Assembly (NCBI GenBank): GCA_902565645.1
Contig: CACFFJ010000001.1
Location: 102,193-166,192 of the forward strand
DNA length: 64,000 nucleotides
Direction of reading: 5' to 3'
Source of the DNA: an uncultured Candidatus Actinomarina sp.
GTDB lineage: Bacteria; Actinomycetota; Acidimicrobiia; Actinomarinales; Actinomarinaceae
Below the pieces are notes generated by a model that worked only from the letters and a program-made list of their open reading frames with translations, was not told the origin of the DNA and ran no database searches. Below, piece after piece: positions 18,425 through 26,675 of this stretch (the first letter of the stretch is position 1; the number at the start of each line of letters is the position of its first letter). A program made the translations under genes and the position numbers.

Positions 18425-18891
18425 GCTCTAATAATATTGTTACGAGGCAAGAAGAAGCCTTTTTGTCTCCAACTAGGCCCATGAAATCAGTTGTTTTACC
18501 CTTAATGTTTACCTTCTCAACTTCAATATTTAACAATTTTGAAATATTTTCCTCTAGCTCTTCTCTTTTTTCACTGATAAGTATCCTCTGTGAAATAATT
18601 GTTATGTCAATATTATTTACTCTATATTGATCATATTCAATTATCTCTAAAATTTTTTTTAATATCTCTGTACTCGAAATCCCTTTTTTTGTTGGTTTTT
18701 TTTGATGGAAAATAATATCCTAAATCTTTTTTTCCTACTGCTCCTAATAAAGCATCACTTAGAGCATGAAGAAGAATATCACCGTCAGAATATGCTTCAA
18801 AACCTTCTTCTTCGTCAAATTCTAAACCACCAATAATTAAGGGCTTAGATGAAGTATGTTTATGTAAATCCCATCCATTACCAATTAACAT
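18417..18891 (-). pseudogene. ispF: 2-C-methyl-D-erythritol 2,4-cyclodiphosphate synthase, reading frame broken in an A8 (sense) homopolymer
   Basis: The N-terminal part is track ORF 18637..18891 (MLIGNGWDLH...SDGDILLHALSDALLGA...YFPSKK). The rest reads KGISSTEILKK...NIDITIISQ...NIKGKTTDFMG...LEHA* in the +1 frame. It ends at TAA 18417-18419, overlapping the cysS ATG. The break lies in T8 at 18696-18703. Confidence 0.85.
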
Positions 18892-18924
18892 AAAAAACCT
18901 TTGCTAAAAGAGCTATTTATAGAA

Positions 18925-19479
18925 TTATAAACCGTCGTCAGGCTCTTCTTCCGGAAGATACTGATTTATTTTTTCTATCGCAGCTTCTTCGTCAAGTTCT
19001 AGAGCACAGGCAATCTCACTAGCAAGTGTCATTCTTGCTTTGGCTAACATTCTTTTTAGTGCAGGAGAAATCCCTTTGTTTATTTGAGCATGAGACAAGT
19101 CTCTAACTACTTCAGCTACTTGAATTATATCCCCAGAAGTCATTTTCTCTGTTAACACCTTATACCACCTACTCCAATTCGTACCTGCCTCCTCAGGTTT
19201 CTCCTTAAATATTGGGAAAACCTTCCTTGATACGGCACTCTTTGAAATTACTGGTCTAATAACTTCATCAACGCTTTCAACTGGAACCATTACTGTCAAT
19301 CCATCAAGTAATACTTCAATTTCAAAATATTGCTTCCTCTTTGACTTAACTTCACCTTCTACAAAAATTTCAACATTTTTATTTACCTTACGTATTACTT
19401 TTGCAGCACCATGATGAGGATGAACTACAAACTGGTTCGGCTTGTACTTATCAGCTGTCTTTTTTGATTTAGTTGCCAT
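18925..19479 (-). CDS. carD: CarD-family RNA polymerase-binding transcriptional regulator
   Basis: 184 aa with FVVHPHHGAAKV (RID domain) and NWSRWYK. It has a Lys-rich 14-aa N-terminal extension. Confidence 0.9.
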   Translation of the reverse strand: MATKSKKTADKYKPNQFVVHPHHGAAKVIRKVNKNVEIFVEGEVKSKRKQYFEIEVLLDGLTVMVPVESVDEVIRPVISKSAVSRKVFPIFKEKPEEAGTNWSRWYKVLTEKMTSGDIIQVAEVVRDLSHAQINKGISPALKRMLAKARMTLASEIACALELDEEAAIEKINQYLPEEEPDDGL

Positions 19480-19511
19480 AGATGTAAAGAATACTATAAC
19501 TAAAAATGTAT

Positions 19512-20552
19512 TTAATGACCATTAATATATGAAAAACCTATGTTTTTTAGTAATGTGTCAAAGTATTCTCTTAATTGTTGTGCCCTATTTCTACCAATAC
19601 CCTCGACTTGAAATAGTTTTTCAGTTGAGGCACTAAGCAAATTTGGTAACGTTTTAAATTTTTGAATTAAAGAATCATGAAGATTATCTGGTAATCCTGG
19701 TAATCTTGCTAAAACCCTATAACCTTTTGAGACTGAAATTTCATCTAAAGGCTCCATAAATAGAACGGAACCTAAATGTTGAATTGTATTTAATTCTTCA
19801 TATGATAAGTTAGATAATTCTTCAACAGCTTTATTAATATTTCTAAATTTCTTCGCTGGTAAATGATCCTTCAGAACTAAATTTAAAGTGTTCCTAACCC
19901 CAGATTCAAGAGAATCAATTTGTATCATTACTAAACCAGAGTCTTCACCTAAATCAACTGCCTCGTTTCTTACTTGTTGAGAAAGCCTTCCAAGTAACTC
20001 ACCTCTTTGAATGACTTCAAGGACTTGTTGGTTTGTTAAAGAATTCTCTATTTCTAATTCACCAAGCTCTAATACAGCATCATCAAACCTTCTTCTAGTT
20101 CGATCAATTGACTGGAGTGATTCATTTACTCTTCCAAATATTATTGATGAATCTTCAAGCTCTGTAACAGATATTCCATTAAAAACTTTAATCGTTGAAG
20201 ACTCTTCTGAAACTGCAACTACATTTAACCCTGTTTCAATAGAAACTCTTTCAGCTGTCCTGTGTCTTGTTCCTGTTTCTGAAGTTTCTATAATATCAGA
20301 AGGGTTTAAATGAACATTCGCTTTTAATATGTTGTTTACTTCGGAATCAACAATAATTGCTCCATCCATTTTTGATAACTCAGATAACATTTCAGGTGTA
20401 TAGATACAATTATTTAAATTCAATCCACCTGATGATAATTTATCTAACTTAGGAGATGTTCCTATAACAATTAAGGCTCCCGTTTTTTTATCAGCTATAA
20501 GGTCTAGACCATTTCTAAGAGGCTCGCCCGGAATCAATTGATTCTTAGCCAT
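19512..20552 (-). CDS. disA: DNA integrity scanning protein DisA (diadenylate cyclase)
   Basis: 346 aa with DAC motifs MDGAIIV and GTRHRTAE, plus a C-terminal HhH (VEGIGRNRAQQL). Confidence 0.9.
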   Translation of the reverse strand: MAKNQLIPGEPLRNGLDLIADKKTGALIVIGTSPKLDKLSSGGLNLNNCIYTPEMLSELSKMDGAIIVDSEVNNILKANVHLNPSDIIETSETGTRHRTAERVSIETGLNVVAVSEESSTIKVFNGISVTELEDSSIIFGRVNESLQSIDRTRRRFDDAVLELGELEIENSLTNQQVLEVIQRGELLGRLSQQVRNEAVDLGEDSGLVMIQIDSLESGVRNTLNLVLKDHLPAKKFRNINKAVEELSNLSYEELNTIQHLGSVLFMEPLDEISVSKGYRVLARLPGLPDNLHDSLIQKFKTLPNLLSASTEKLFQVEGIGRNRAQQLREYFDTLLKNIGFSYINGH

Positions 20553-20646
20553 GAAACGTCCCTTCTGTTCTTTTATTATTTGAGTATTTTATTTATTGGA
20601 ATGTTACTGTATTATTTTATTATTGTTTTAGTTAACAAAGGTTATT

Positions 20647-21540
20647 GTGGAAAAGATTACTTGTAAAGCCTGTCAAGCACTAGTTGATGAAAAATTAGAA
20701 TTTTGTTCTAGTTGCGGTGAATGGCTTGGTTTAAAAATTGAAGATCTTGAGGATACTGAGGTATCTAATGAAAGTAAGTTCCAAAAGAGAACAAGGATAC
20801 CGCAAATAAGATGCAATAATTGTGGCAACAACAATTTACCTTCAATTAAAAATTGTAAAGAATGTGGTCTTCTTTTGGTAAGACCTCTTTCTAATTATGG
20901 AGCTACAGAACTTCCAACTAGAAAAGAAGTTCCAGGAATAAGAGCTGTTTTTTTTCTTGCTCTTATAATTCCTTTAATAGCAGGGGCTAGTTACTTCTAC
21001 AATACAAGATTGGCTGAAGAAGTTATTGAAGAAATAGAAATAGTTGAACAAACAACAAGTACTTCAACCACAACAACCTTACAAAGTATTCTTAAAGTCC
21101 AAACACCAATCTCTTGTGCTGCGTCTAGTACATATGAGTCAAGTAACCCTAACGATTTTTCGTGTGAAAATCTATATGACAATGACTATACAATGTGGCA
21201 AGACAACTCTTTAAGCTGCCAAGATGCATGGTTAGAGTTTACTTTTCCAAAAGACGTATTTATAGAATTTATTGTTATACAAAATGCTGAAAAAAGCTCT
21301 TCCTTTAAAAGGAATTACAAAATTAGAGATTTAATTATTACTTCAGATGCTGAAGGGCAACAAATACAAAAAGAACTCGAAAATCGCAATACTGAACAAT
21401 GGATAGATATAAATGCAACAACAGCTTTTTTAAGAATTGACGTTCTTAGCGCTTATCCAGGAGAAGAGTTTAATGGTCAAAACCCGTTCGAAGAATGTGC
21501 AATTCAGGAAATTAGGTTTTTCGGAAAAGATACAGGCTAA
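20647..21540 (+). CDS. double zinc-ribbon / single-TM protein with extracellular discoidin-like (galactose-binding-like) domain
   Basis: 297 aa: CKAC..CSSCG and CNNCG..CKECG ribbons, a TM segment (AVFFLALIIPLIAGASYFY), a Thr-rich linker, then a ~140-aa beta-sandwich-like C-terminus. The start is GTG. Confidence 0.6.
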   Translation: MEKITCKACQALVDEKLEFCSSCGEWLGLKIEDLEDTEVSNESKFQKRTRIPQIRCNNCGNNNLPSIKNCKECGLLLVRPLSNYGATELPTRKEVPGIRAVFFLALIIPLIAGASYFYNTRLAEEVIEEIEIVEQTTSTSTTTTLQSILKVQTPISCAASSTYESSNPNDFSCENLYDNDYTMWQDNSLSCQDAWLEFTFPKDVFIEFIVIQNAEKSSSFKRNYKIRDLIITSDAEGQQIQKELENRNTEQWIDINATTAFLRIDVLSAYPGEEFNGQNPFEECAIQEIRFFGKDTG

Positions 21541-22784
21541 GTTGCTTCACCTTTTCTATATGACTTTCCAATAAATTTTGGCATTCTAAGTCTTTGACTT
21601 GCAAATGATAAAACAATCAAAGTAGTGATATGAGGGGTGAAAAAGACAAATTCATTTGGAACGGTTGAGGAGTTGAAAAACCAAATAGCAAACAAAATAG
21701 CTACAGACAATGCTCCAACTGCTGATTTAATTTTTTTGACAAAAAATGAGCGTATTGCTACCAATAATAAAATCAGAACAATTAGTAAAAGTAAGCCATG
21801 AACAGACTCTTCTGATCTAAGCTGTAATGAATCTGCATATCCAAATAAACCTGAACCTAAAAAAGTACCAAGAGGTTTCCAATTCCCAAAAATCATAGAT
21901 GCCAAACCAATAAAACCTCTTCCACCAGTCTGTCCCTCTCTATAGATACCTGCGCTTTCAATTACTAAATATGCACCAGCCAAACCTGCAAATGCACCAG
22001 AAGTAGTTACACCAATGTATTTCATCAAATAAACATTTACACCAACTGATTCGCTACCAACCGGATATTCTCCTACGCTTCTTAACTGTAGTCCAAAATT
22101 AGTTGACCAAAGAATCCAAACAGAAATTGGGACTAATGATAAAGCAAGAATTGAAAATAAAGAAATATTTCTAGTCAATCCTCCTAAAAGTCCAAAAATA
22201 TCAGAAATTAAAAATATGTCCAAAGACTCTAGAGACCCAAACAAATCAAAAGTTTTTTCATCATTGATTTCTCCTCCTGACAAATAAGGAATAGAAATTT
22301 GGCTTATTCTATCGTCAACTCTAGGTGATTGTGTTGCTCCACCTGAAGGAACATCTGCATAAGCAACAACAGATAAGAACCTTGCTACGCCTGCTGCAAG
22401 AATATTAATTGCTACCCCTGACACAATGTGATCCACTTGAAAAGTTACTGTGCCTATTGCATGAATCAATCCAAATAAAGCTCCTCCTAAAAATCCAGCA
22501 AGGACTCCATACCAGGGACCATAAAGCCAGCCAGCCCATGCTCCAAACCATGTTCCCATAATCATCATTCCCTCTAGCCCAATGTTTACAATTCCTGATC
22601 TTTCGGAATAAATAGCTCCAACCCCTGCAAGACATATTGGTATACAAAGTCTCAATGCAGCTCCAAATGTACCACTAGAGGTTAATTCTGAATACTTATC
22701 AAATTGTGCGATAAAAATTAAACATACTATTGGAAAAAGTACAATATAACGCTTTTTAACTAAAGAAAGTATTTTATTCATCAA
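21537..22784 (-). CDS. ABC transporter permease (BMP/nucleoside-type system)
   Basis: 415 aa polytopic membrane protein in an operon with the BMP lipoprotein and a tandem ATPase. Confidence 0.8.
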   Translation of the reverse strand: MMNKILSLVKKRYIVLFPIVCLIFIAQFDKYSELTSSGTFGAALRLCIPICLAGVGAIYSERSGIVNIGLEGMMIMGTWFGAWAGWLYGPWYGVLAGFLGGALFGLIHAIGTVTFQVDHIVSGVAINILAAGVARFLSVVAYADVPSGGATQSPRVDDRISQISIPYLSGGEINDEKTFDLFGSLESLDIFLISDIFGLLGGLTRNISLFSILALSLVPISVWILWSTNFGLQLRSVGEYPVGSESVGVNVYLMKYIGVTTSGAFAGLAGAYLVIESAGIYREGQTGGRGFIGLASMIFGNWKPLGTFLGSGLFGYADSLQLRSEESVHGLLLLIVLILLLVAIRSFFVKKIKSAVGALSVAILFAIWFFNSSTVPNEFVFFTPHITTLIVLSFASQRLRMPKFIGKSYRKGEAT

Positions 22785-23865
22785 GTACCTCTTTGGAAGC
22801 TTCTTTTATTTGTTGAGTTAGGACAAACCTTCTTACAATTTCATACCCAACTACTACTGTTAGAATTATTATTCCCTGCATTATTCTTTCTATCTCTTTA
22901 GGAACATCTTTGAGGTCCAATATTTGTGAAGATCTTTCTAGGAAAGAAATTAATATAGCGCCGAGTGCCATGCCAATTGGATGATTTCTACCAAGTAAAG
23001 CTACACCTATTCCTGCAAAACCAAGGCCTGAAGGAAAGTCTATCGTATATCTGTGATAATATCCTGTAAGGCCACTCATCCCTACAAATCCTGCAATACT
23101 TCCTGAGATGACCATTGCTAATATAATAAGCCTTCCAGGGTCTGCGCCACTAAATTTTGCAGCTACGGGGTTTGATCCAGTTGCTCTTAAATCAAAACCA
23201 AGAGATGTTTTCCAAATTAACCAATAGTAAAAAACTCCAATAAATATGGCTCCAATCAAAAATCCGTGAAGATCTGGTAGATCTTCTATCCCAAGCATTT
23301 TGTTCAAAGGAGGTATCATTGCAGATTCTGGTAAATAATTTGTTTGAGGTACTTTTAAACTATCTCCCTCATCTTTTTCAAAAAATACCTGAGCTAGTAA
23401 ATAAGCAACTGTGCCTGTTCCAATATAATTAAGCATTATTGTAGATATAACTTCATGAATGCCTTTCTTTACTTTTAAGTAGCCAGCAATTGCTGCCCAC
23501 AAACCAGCACTTACAGAAGCCATAACTAAAATTAACAAAACATGTAAAACTGGAGGTAAAGACATGTAAGAACCAAATGCTGCAGCTAATAACGCACCTA
23601 ATAAGTATTGACCTTCTACCCCAATATTAAATAAACCCATTTTAAAACCTACAGCAACTGCAACAGCAGAAATATAAAGAGGTACAGATCTATTTAGAAT
23701 GGAGACTAAGGACTTTCCTGTAATCCCGTACTCCCACATAGACTTAAATGTTTCCACAGGGTCTTGATCAATCAAATTTAAAATAAACGAACATATTAAT
23801 ACTGCTGTTGACAATGCAATAAGAGGTGTGAGAAAGCTTAAAATCTTAGTAGTATATTTTATCAT
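22774..23865 (-). CDS. ABC transporter permease (BMP/nucleoside-type system)
   Basis: 363 aa polytopic membrane protein, in operon context. Confidence 0.8.
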   Translation of the reverse strand: MIKYTTKILSFLTPLIALSTAVLICSFILNLIDQDPVETFKSMWEYGITGKSLVSILNRSVPLYISAVAVAVGFKMGLFNIGVEGQYLLGALLAAAFGSYMSLPPVLHVLLILVMASVSAGLWAAIAGYLKVKKGIHEVISTIMLNYIGTGTVAYLLAQVFFEKDEGDSLKVPQTNYLPESAMIPPLNKMLGIEDLPDLHGFLIGAIFIGVFYYWLIWKTSLGFDLRATGSNPVAAKFSGADPGRLIILAMVISGSIAGFVGMSGLTGYYHRYTIDFPSGLGFAGIGVALLGRNHPIGMALGAILISFLERSSQILDLKDVPKEIERIMQGIIILTVVVGYEIVRRFVLTQQIKEASKEVLDE

Positions 23866-25373
23866 TGTTCTAACCCCGTCATGTAAGCACCCAGAACTTC
23901 TGGTGTTGCTTCTTTTGGAAGTAACTCTTTGACTATTTTCCCTTCATATATAACAAGCAACCTATCTGACAGTCCCAACAATTCTTCTAAATCTGCAGAA
24001 ATTAGAAGAACTCCTAAACCAGAATCTCTGGCATCTCTTAATTTTTCCCAAATAAGAGCTTGGGCTCCAATATCAATTCCTCTAGTTGGTTGTGAGGCTA
24101 TCAACAAATTTGGTTCGTCGTTAAGCTCTCTTCCAACAACAAACTTTTGTTGATTTCCGCCTGAAAGCGCAAGAGCCAATGTTGCAGAGCCAGGTGTACG
24201 AACATCATAATTATTTATTATTTCTTCAGAAAAACTTTTCGAATTCTTATAGTTAATATTGTAGAATTTTGTTCTATATCTTTCTTTAGTTTGCCGACCC
24301 AGCATTGCGTTCTCAATTAATGAACTATCCATAACTAGTCCTTGAGATTGCCTGTCTTCAGGTATATAACTAACGCCCAAGCTTCTTCTTGTCCTTGTCT
24401 CAAGGTCGTTTATATCTTTATTGTTCAAACTAATTTGACCTGACTCAATTGGATAAACCCCTAATATTGCTTCCGTAAGTTCTCTCTGACCATTACCTTC
24501 TACTCCAGCTATTCCTAAAATCTCTCCTTTTTTTACTTTAAAATTAATATCAGAAAATGGAGCCTTAGAATCTAATACTTCACCATTAAGGCCTTTTACT
24601 TCTAAACAGATTGATTTTGAAGCACTTGTATCTCTTTTTGGGGGTTTTGGTAGTGATTTACCAATCATCATCTCAGCAAGATCAGGTTTTGATACGTTTG
24701 ATGATTCTACTGTTCCAACATGCTTTCCACCCCTCATAACGGATACTCCATCAGCAATTTCAAGAACTTCATCAAGTTTGTGAGAAATAAATATTATGGT
24801 TACCCCTTCTTTTTTTAGGCTTCTTAAGTTTTCAAATAACTCATTAACTTCTTGAGGGACCAATACTGCAGTTGGTTCATCTAAAATCAATATTTTTGCA
24901 CCTCTATATAAAACTTTAATTATTTCAACTCTTTGCTTCTCTCCTACGCCAAGGTCATCTATAGTTATTTTTGAATCTAGAGGCATTCCATATTTTTTAG
25001 AAATAGATTCAATTTCATCATTATATTTCTTTTTATTAATTGGTTTTAATGATGCATTTTCCAATCCAAGTACCACATTTTCTAAAACTGTTAAGTTATC
25101 GGCTAACATAAAATGTTGATGAACCATCCCAATACCAGAGTTAATAGCTTCTTTTGGAGAGTTAAATTTTTGTTCTTTATTAAAAACTTCAATTGTTCCT
25201 GAATCTGGTTGTATCATCCCATATATAATTTTCATCAAAGTTGATTTTCCAGCCCCGTTTTCTCCCACAATTGCATGAATTGTCGCTTCAGGAATGTTTA
25301 TATCTATATTGTCATTAGCTAAAACACCTGGAAAGGATTTTGATATATTTTTTATTTTTAAAGCTATAGACAT
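23862..25373 (-). CDS. ABC transporter ATP-binding protein, tandem-ATPase (RbsA/YufO-like)
   Basis: Two NBDs (GENGAGKST...ILDEP, then a second signature LSGGNQQK). I prefer the ATG at 25373 (MSIALKIKNI). The track start, TTG 25400, lies inside a 10-bp stem hairpin. Confidence 0.85.
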   Translation of the reverse strand: MSIALKIKNISKSFPGVLANDNIDINIPEATIHAIVGENGAGKSTLMKIIYGMIQPDSGTIEVFNKEQKFNSPKEAINSGIGMVHQHFMLADNLTVLENVVLGLENASLKPINKKKYNDEIESISKKYGMPLDSKITIDDLGVGEKQRVEIIKVLYRGAKILILDEPTAVLVPQEVNELFENLRSLKKEGVTIIFISHKLDEVLEIADGVSVMRGGKHVGTVESSNVSKPDLAEMMIGKSLPKPPKRDTSASKSICLEVKGLNGEVLDSKAPFSDINFKVKKGEILGIAGVEGNGQRELTEAILGVYPIESGQISLNNKDINDLETRTRRSLGVSYIPEDRQSQGLVMDSSLIENAMLGRQTKERYRTKFYNINYKNSKSFSEEIINNYDVRTPGSATLALALSGGNQQKFVVGRELNDEPNLLIASQPTRGIDIGAQALIWEKLRDARDSGLGVLLISADLEELLGLSDRLLVIYEGKIVKELLPKEATPEVLGAYMTGLEQ

Positions 25374-25388
25374 TTGAAATGGAAAATT

Positions 25389-25416
25389 TCTAGGACCCAA
25401 ATTAATGGGTCCTAGA
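25389..25416 (-). terminator. strong intra-operon hairpin between the SBP gene and the ATPase gene
   Basis: TCTAGGACCC-AAATTAAT-GGGTCCTAGA, a perfect 10-bp stem with five G-C pairs, unusual in this AT-rich DNA. It lies 18 nt after the SBP stop and has U-rich flanks in the transcript sense. Confidence 0.6.
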
Positions 25417-25433
25417 AAATAATCTTTATTTAC

Positions 25434-26549
25434 TTACGGTGTGTCGGGTACTGTAATTGCACCACTAACTATTTGAGATTTATAATCTTCTAGTTGTGAA
25501 ACAATATCATCTACATAGCCACCTGAAGTTGAATAACCAACTCCATCAACACTTAAGTCATAAGTTGTTACGCCGCCAGCAAAAGTTCCATTAACAACAG
25601 ATTCTATTGTTAAGTAAACTGCTACATCAACTCTCTTTAACATAGAGGTCAATATATATGGCTGTAACTCAGCGCTAACTGTGTTGTACTGATCTGAGTC
25701 AACACCTATAGCCCAAACCTTTGAGCCGCTAGATTCTGAAACTTCTTTCGCAGCTTCAAAAAGACCAGCACCAGTACCTCCTGCAGCATGATAAATCACA
25801 TCTGCACCTGCATCATATTGTGCAAGGGCGATTTCTTTACCTTTTGCAGGATCACTAAATCCGCTAAAGTCTGGCGGTACTGTTGCATACTTAATATCAA
25901 TTTCAATATCAGGATTTACTGCCTTAACACCAGCAACGAATCCAGCTTCGAATTTTTGTATTAATGGGAATTCAACACCACCAATAAATCCAACTTTGTT
26001 AGTTTGTGTTTTTAATGCTGCCGCTACACCGACTAAGTAGGAACCCTCATGTTCAGCGAAAACCATTCCTGAAACATTTGCTGGTTCAACAACTGAGTCA
26101 ATGATTCCAAAGTTAACATCTGGATATGCAGTAGCAACTTCAGTAATTGAGTCTCCGAAAAGGAAACCAACACCAATTATTACGTCTTTGCCATCATCAG
26201 CACAAAGACTTAATAGTTCTGCTCTGTTTTCTCCACCTTCATTTGGTTCGAGATCTTGTGCGTCAACACCTAGATCATTAACAGCTTTTTCTAACCCTGC
26301 GTATGCCATGTCATTGAAAGAGAGGTCTCCTCTTCCTCCAATATCATATACCATACATACACTTGCAGTTGGTCCGGCTGGAGCAGCAGTAGCAGTTGGA
26401 GCAGCTGTTGTAGCAGGGGACTCTAGAGTCTCTGCAGGAGCTTCTTCAACTACCTCAGCTTCTTCAGCTGTATCGGATCCACCACAAGCAGCAATAAGAA
26501 GGCCAAATACCATAAAAAGTATTAGCCATTTCGACTTCATTCGAGTCAC
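25434..26549 (-). CDS. BMP-family (basic membrane protein / PnrA-like) ABC substrate-binding lipoprotein
   Basis: 371 aa with lipobox LIAACGGS, a Pro/Thr/Ala linker, then a Bmp fold (GVGFLFGD, FIGGVEFPLI). The GTG start is preceded by AAGGAG. Confidence 0.85.
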   Translation of the reverse strand: MTRMKSKWLILFMVFGLLIAACGGSDTAEEAEVVEEAPAETLESPATTAAPTATAAPAGPTASVCMVYDIGGRGDLSFNDMAYAGLEKAVNDLGVDAQDLEPNEGGENRAELLSLCADDGKDVIIGVGFLFGDSITEVATAYPDVNFGIIDSVVEPANVSGMVFAEHEGSYLVGVAAALKTQTNKVGFIGGVEFPLIQKFEAGFVAGVKAVNPDIEIDIKYATVPPDFSGFSDPAKGKEIALAQYDAGADVIYHAAGGTGAGLFEAAKEVSESSGSKVWAIGVDSDQYNTVSAELQPYILTSMLKRVDVAVYLTIESVVNGTFAGGVTTYDLSVDGVGYSTSGGYVDDIVSQLEDYKSQIVSGAITVPDTP

Positions 26550-26675
26550 TTTTACTCCTTGTTCAACTAGTTGAAGGTATAAAAATTAATACCTATAACA
26601 ATTTTCATAGTAGACAAATTATTAAATATTAGCCTTCAATACTGATAACTTTTTTAAGTTAATTTGACAGGAATT

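Noticed and set aside
22405-22647. An 80-aa same-strand alternate-frame ORF inside the ABC permease. A similar one lies inside metK at 43924..44121.
   Set aside because: Both are internal to well-supported CDSs, Trp/Cys/Arg-rich with an implausible composition, and have no RBS.
26101-26574. A 157-aa ORF antisense to the BMP lipoprotein gene.
   Set aside because: It is a by-product of the unusually GC/Ala-rich SBP coding strand. Its translation is Ser/Pro/Ala low complexity, and it runs through the SBP RBS and start.
26575-26594. An AGGTAT-N8-ATACCT hairpin after clpC, considered as a terminator.
   Set aside because: The stem is only 6 bp and mostly A-U, with no U-tract in the clpC transcript sense. 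That is not enough for a terminator call.
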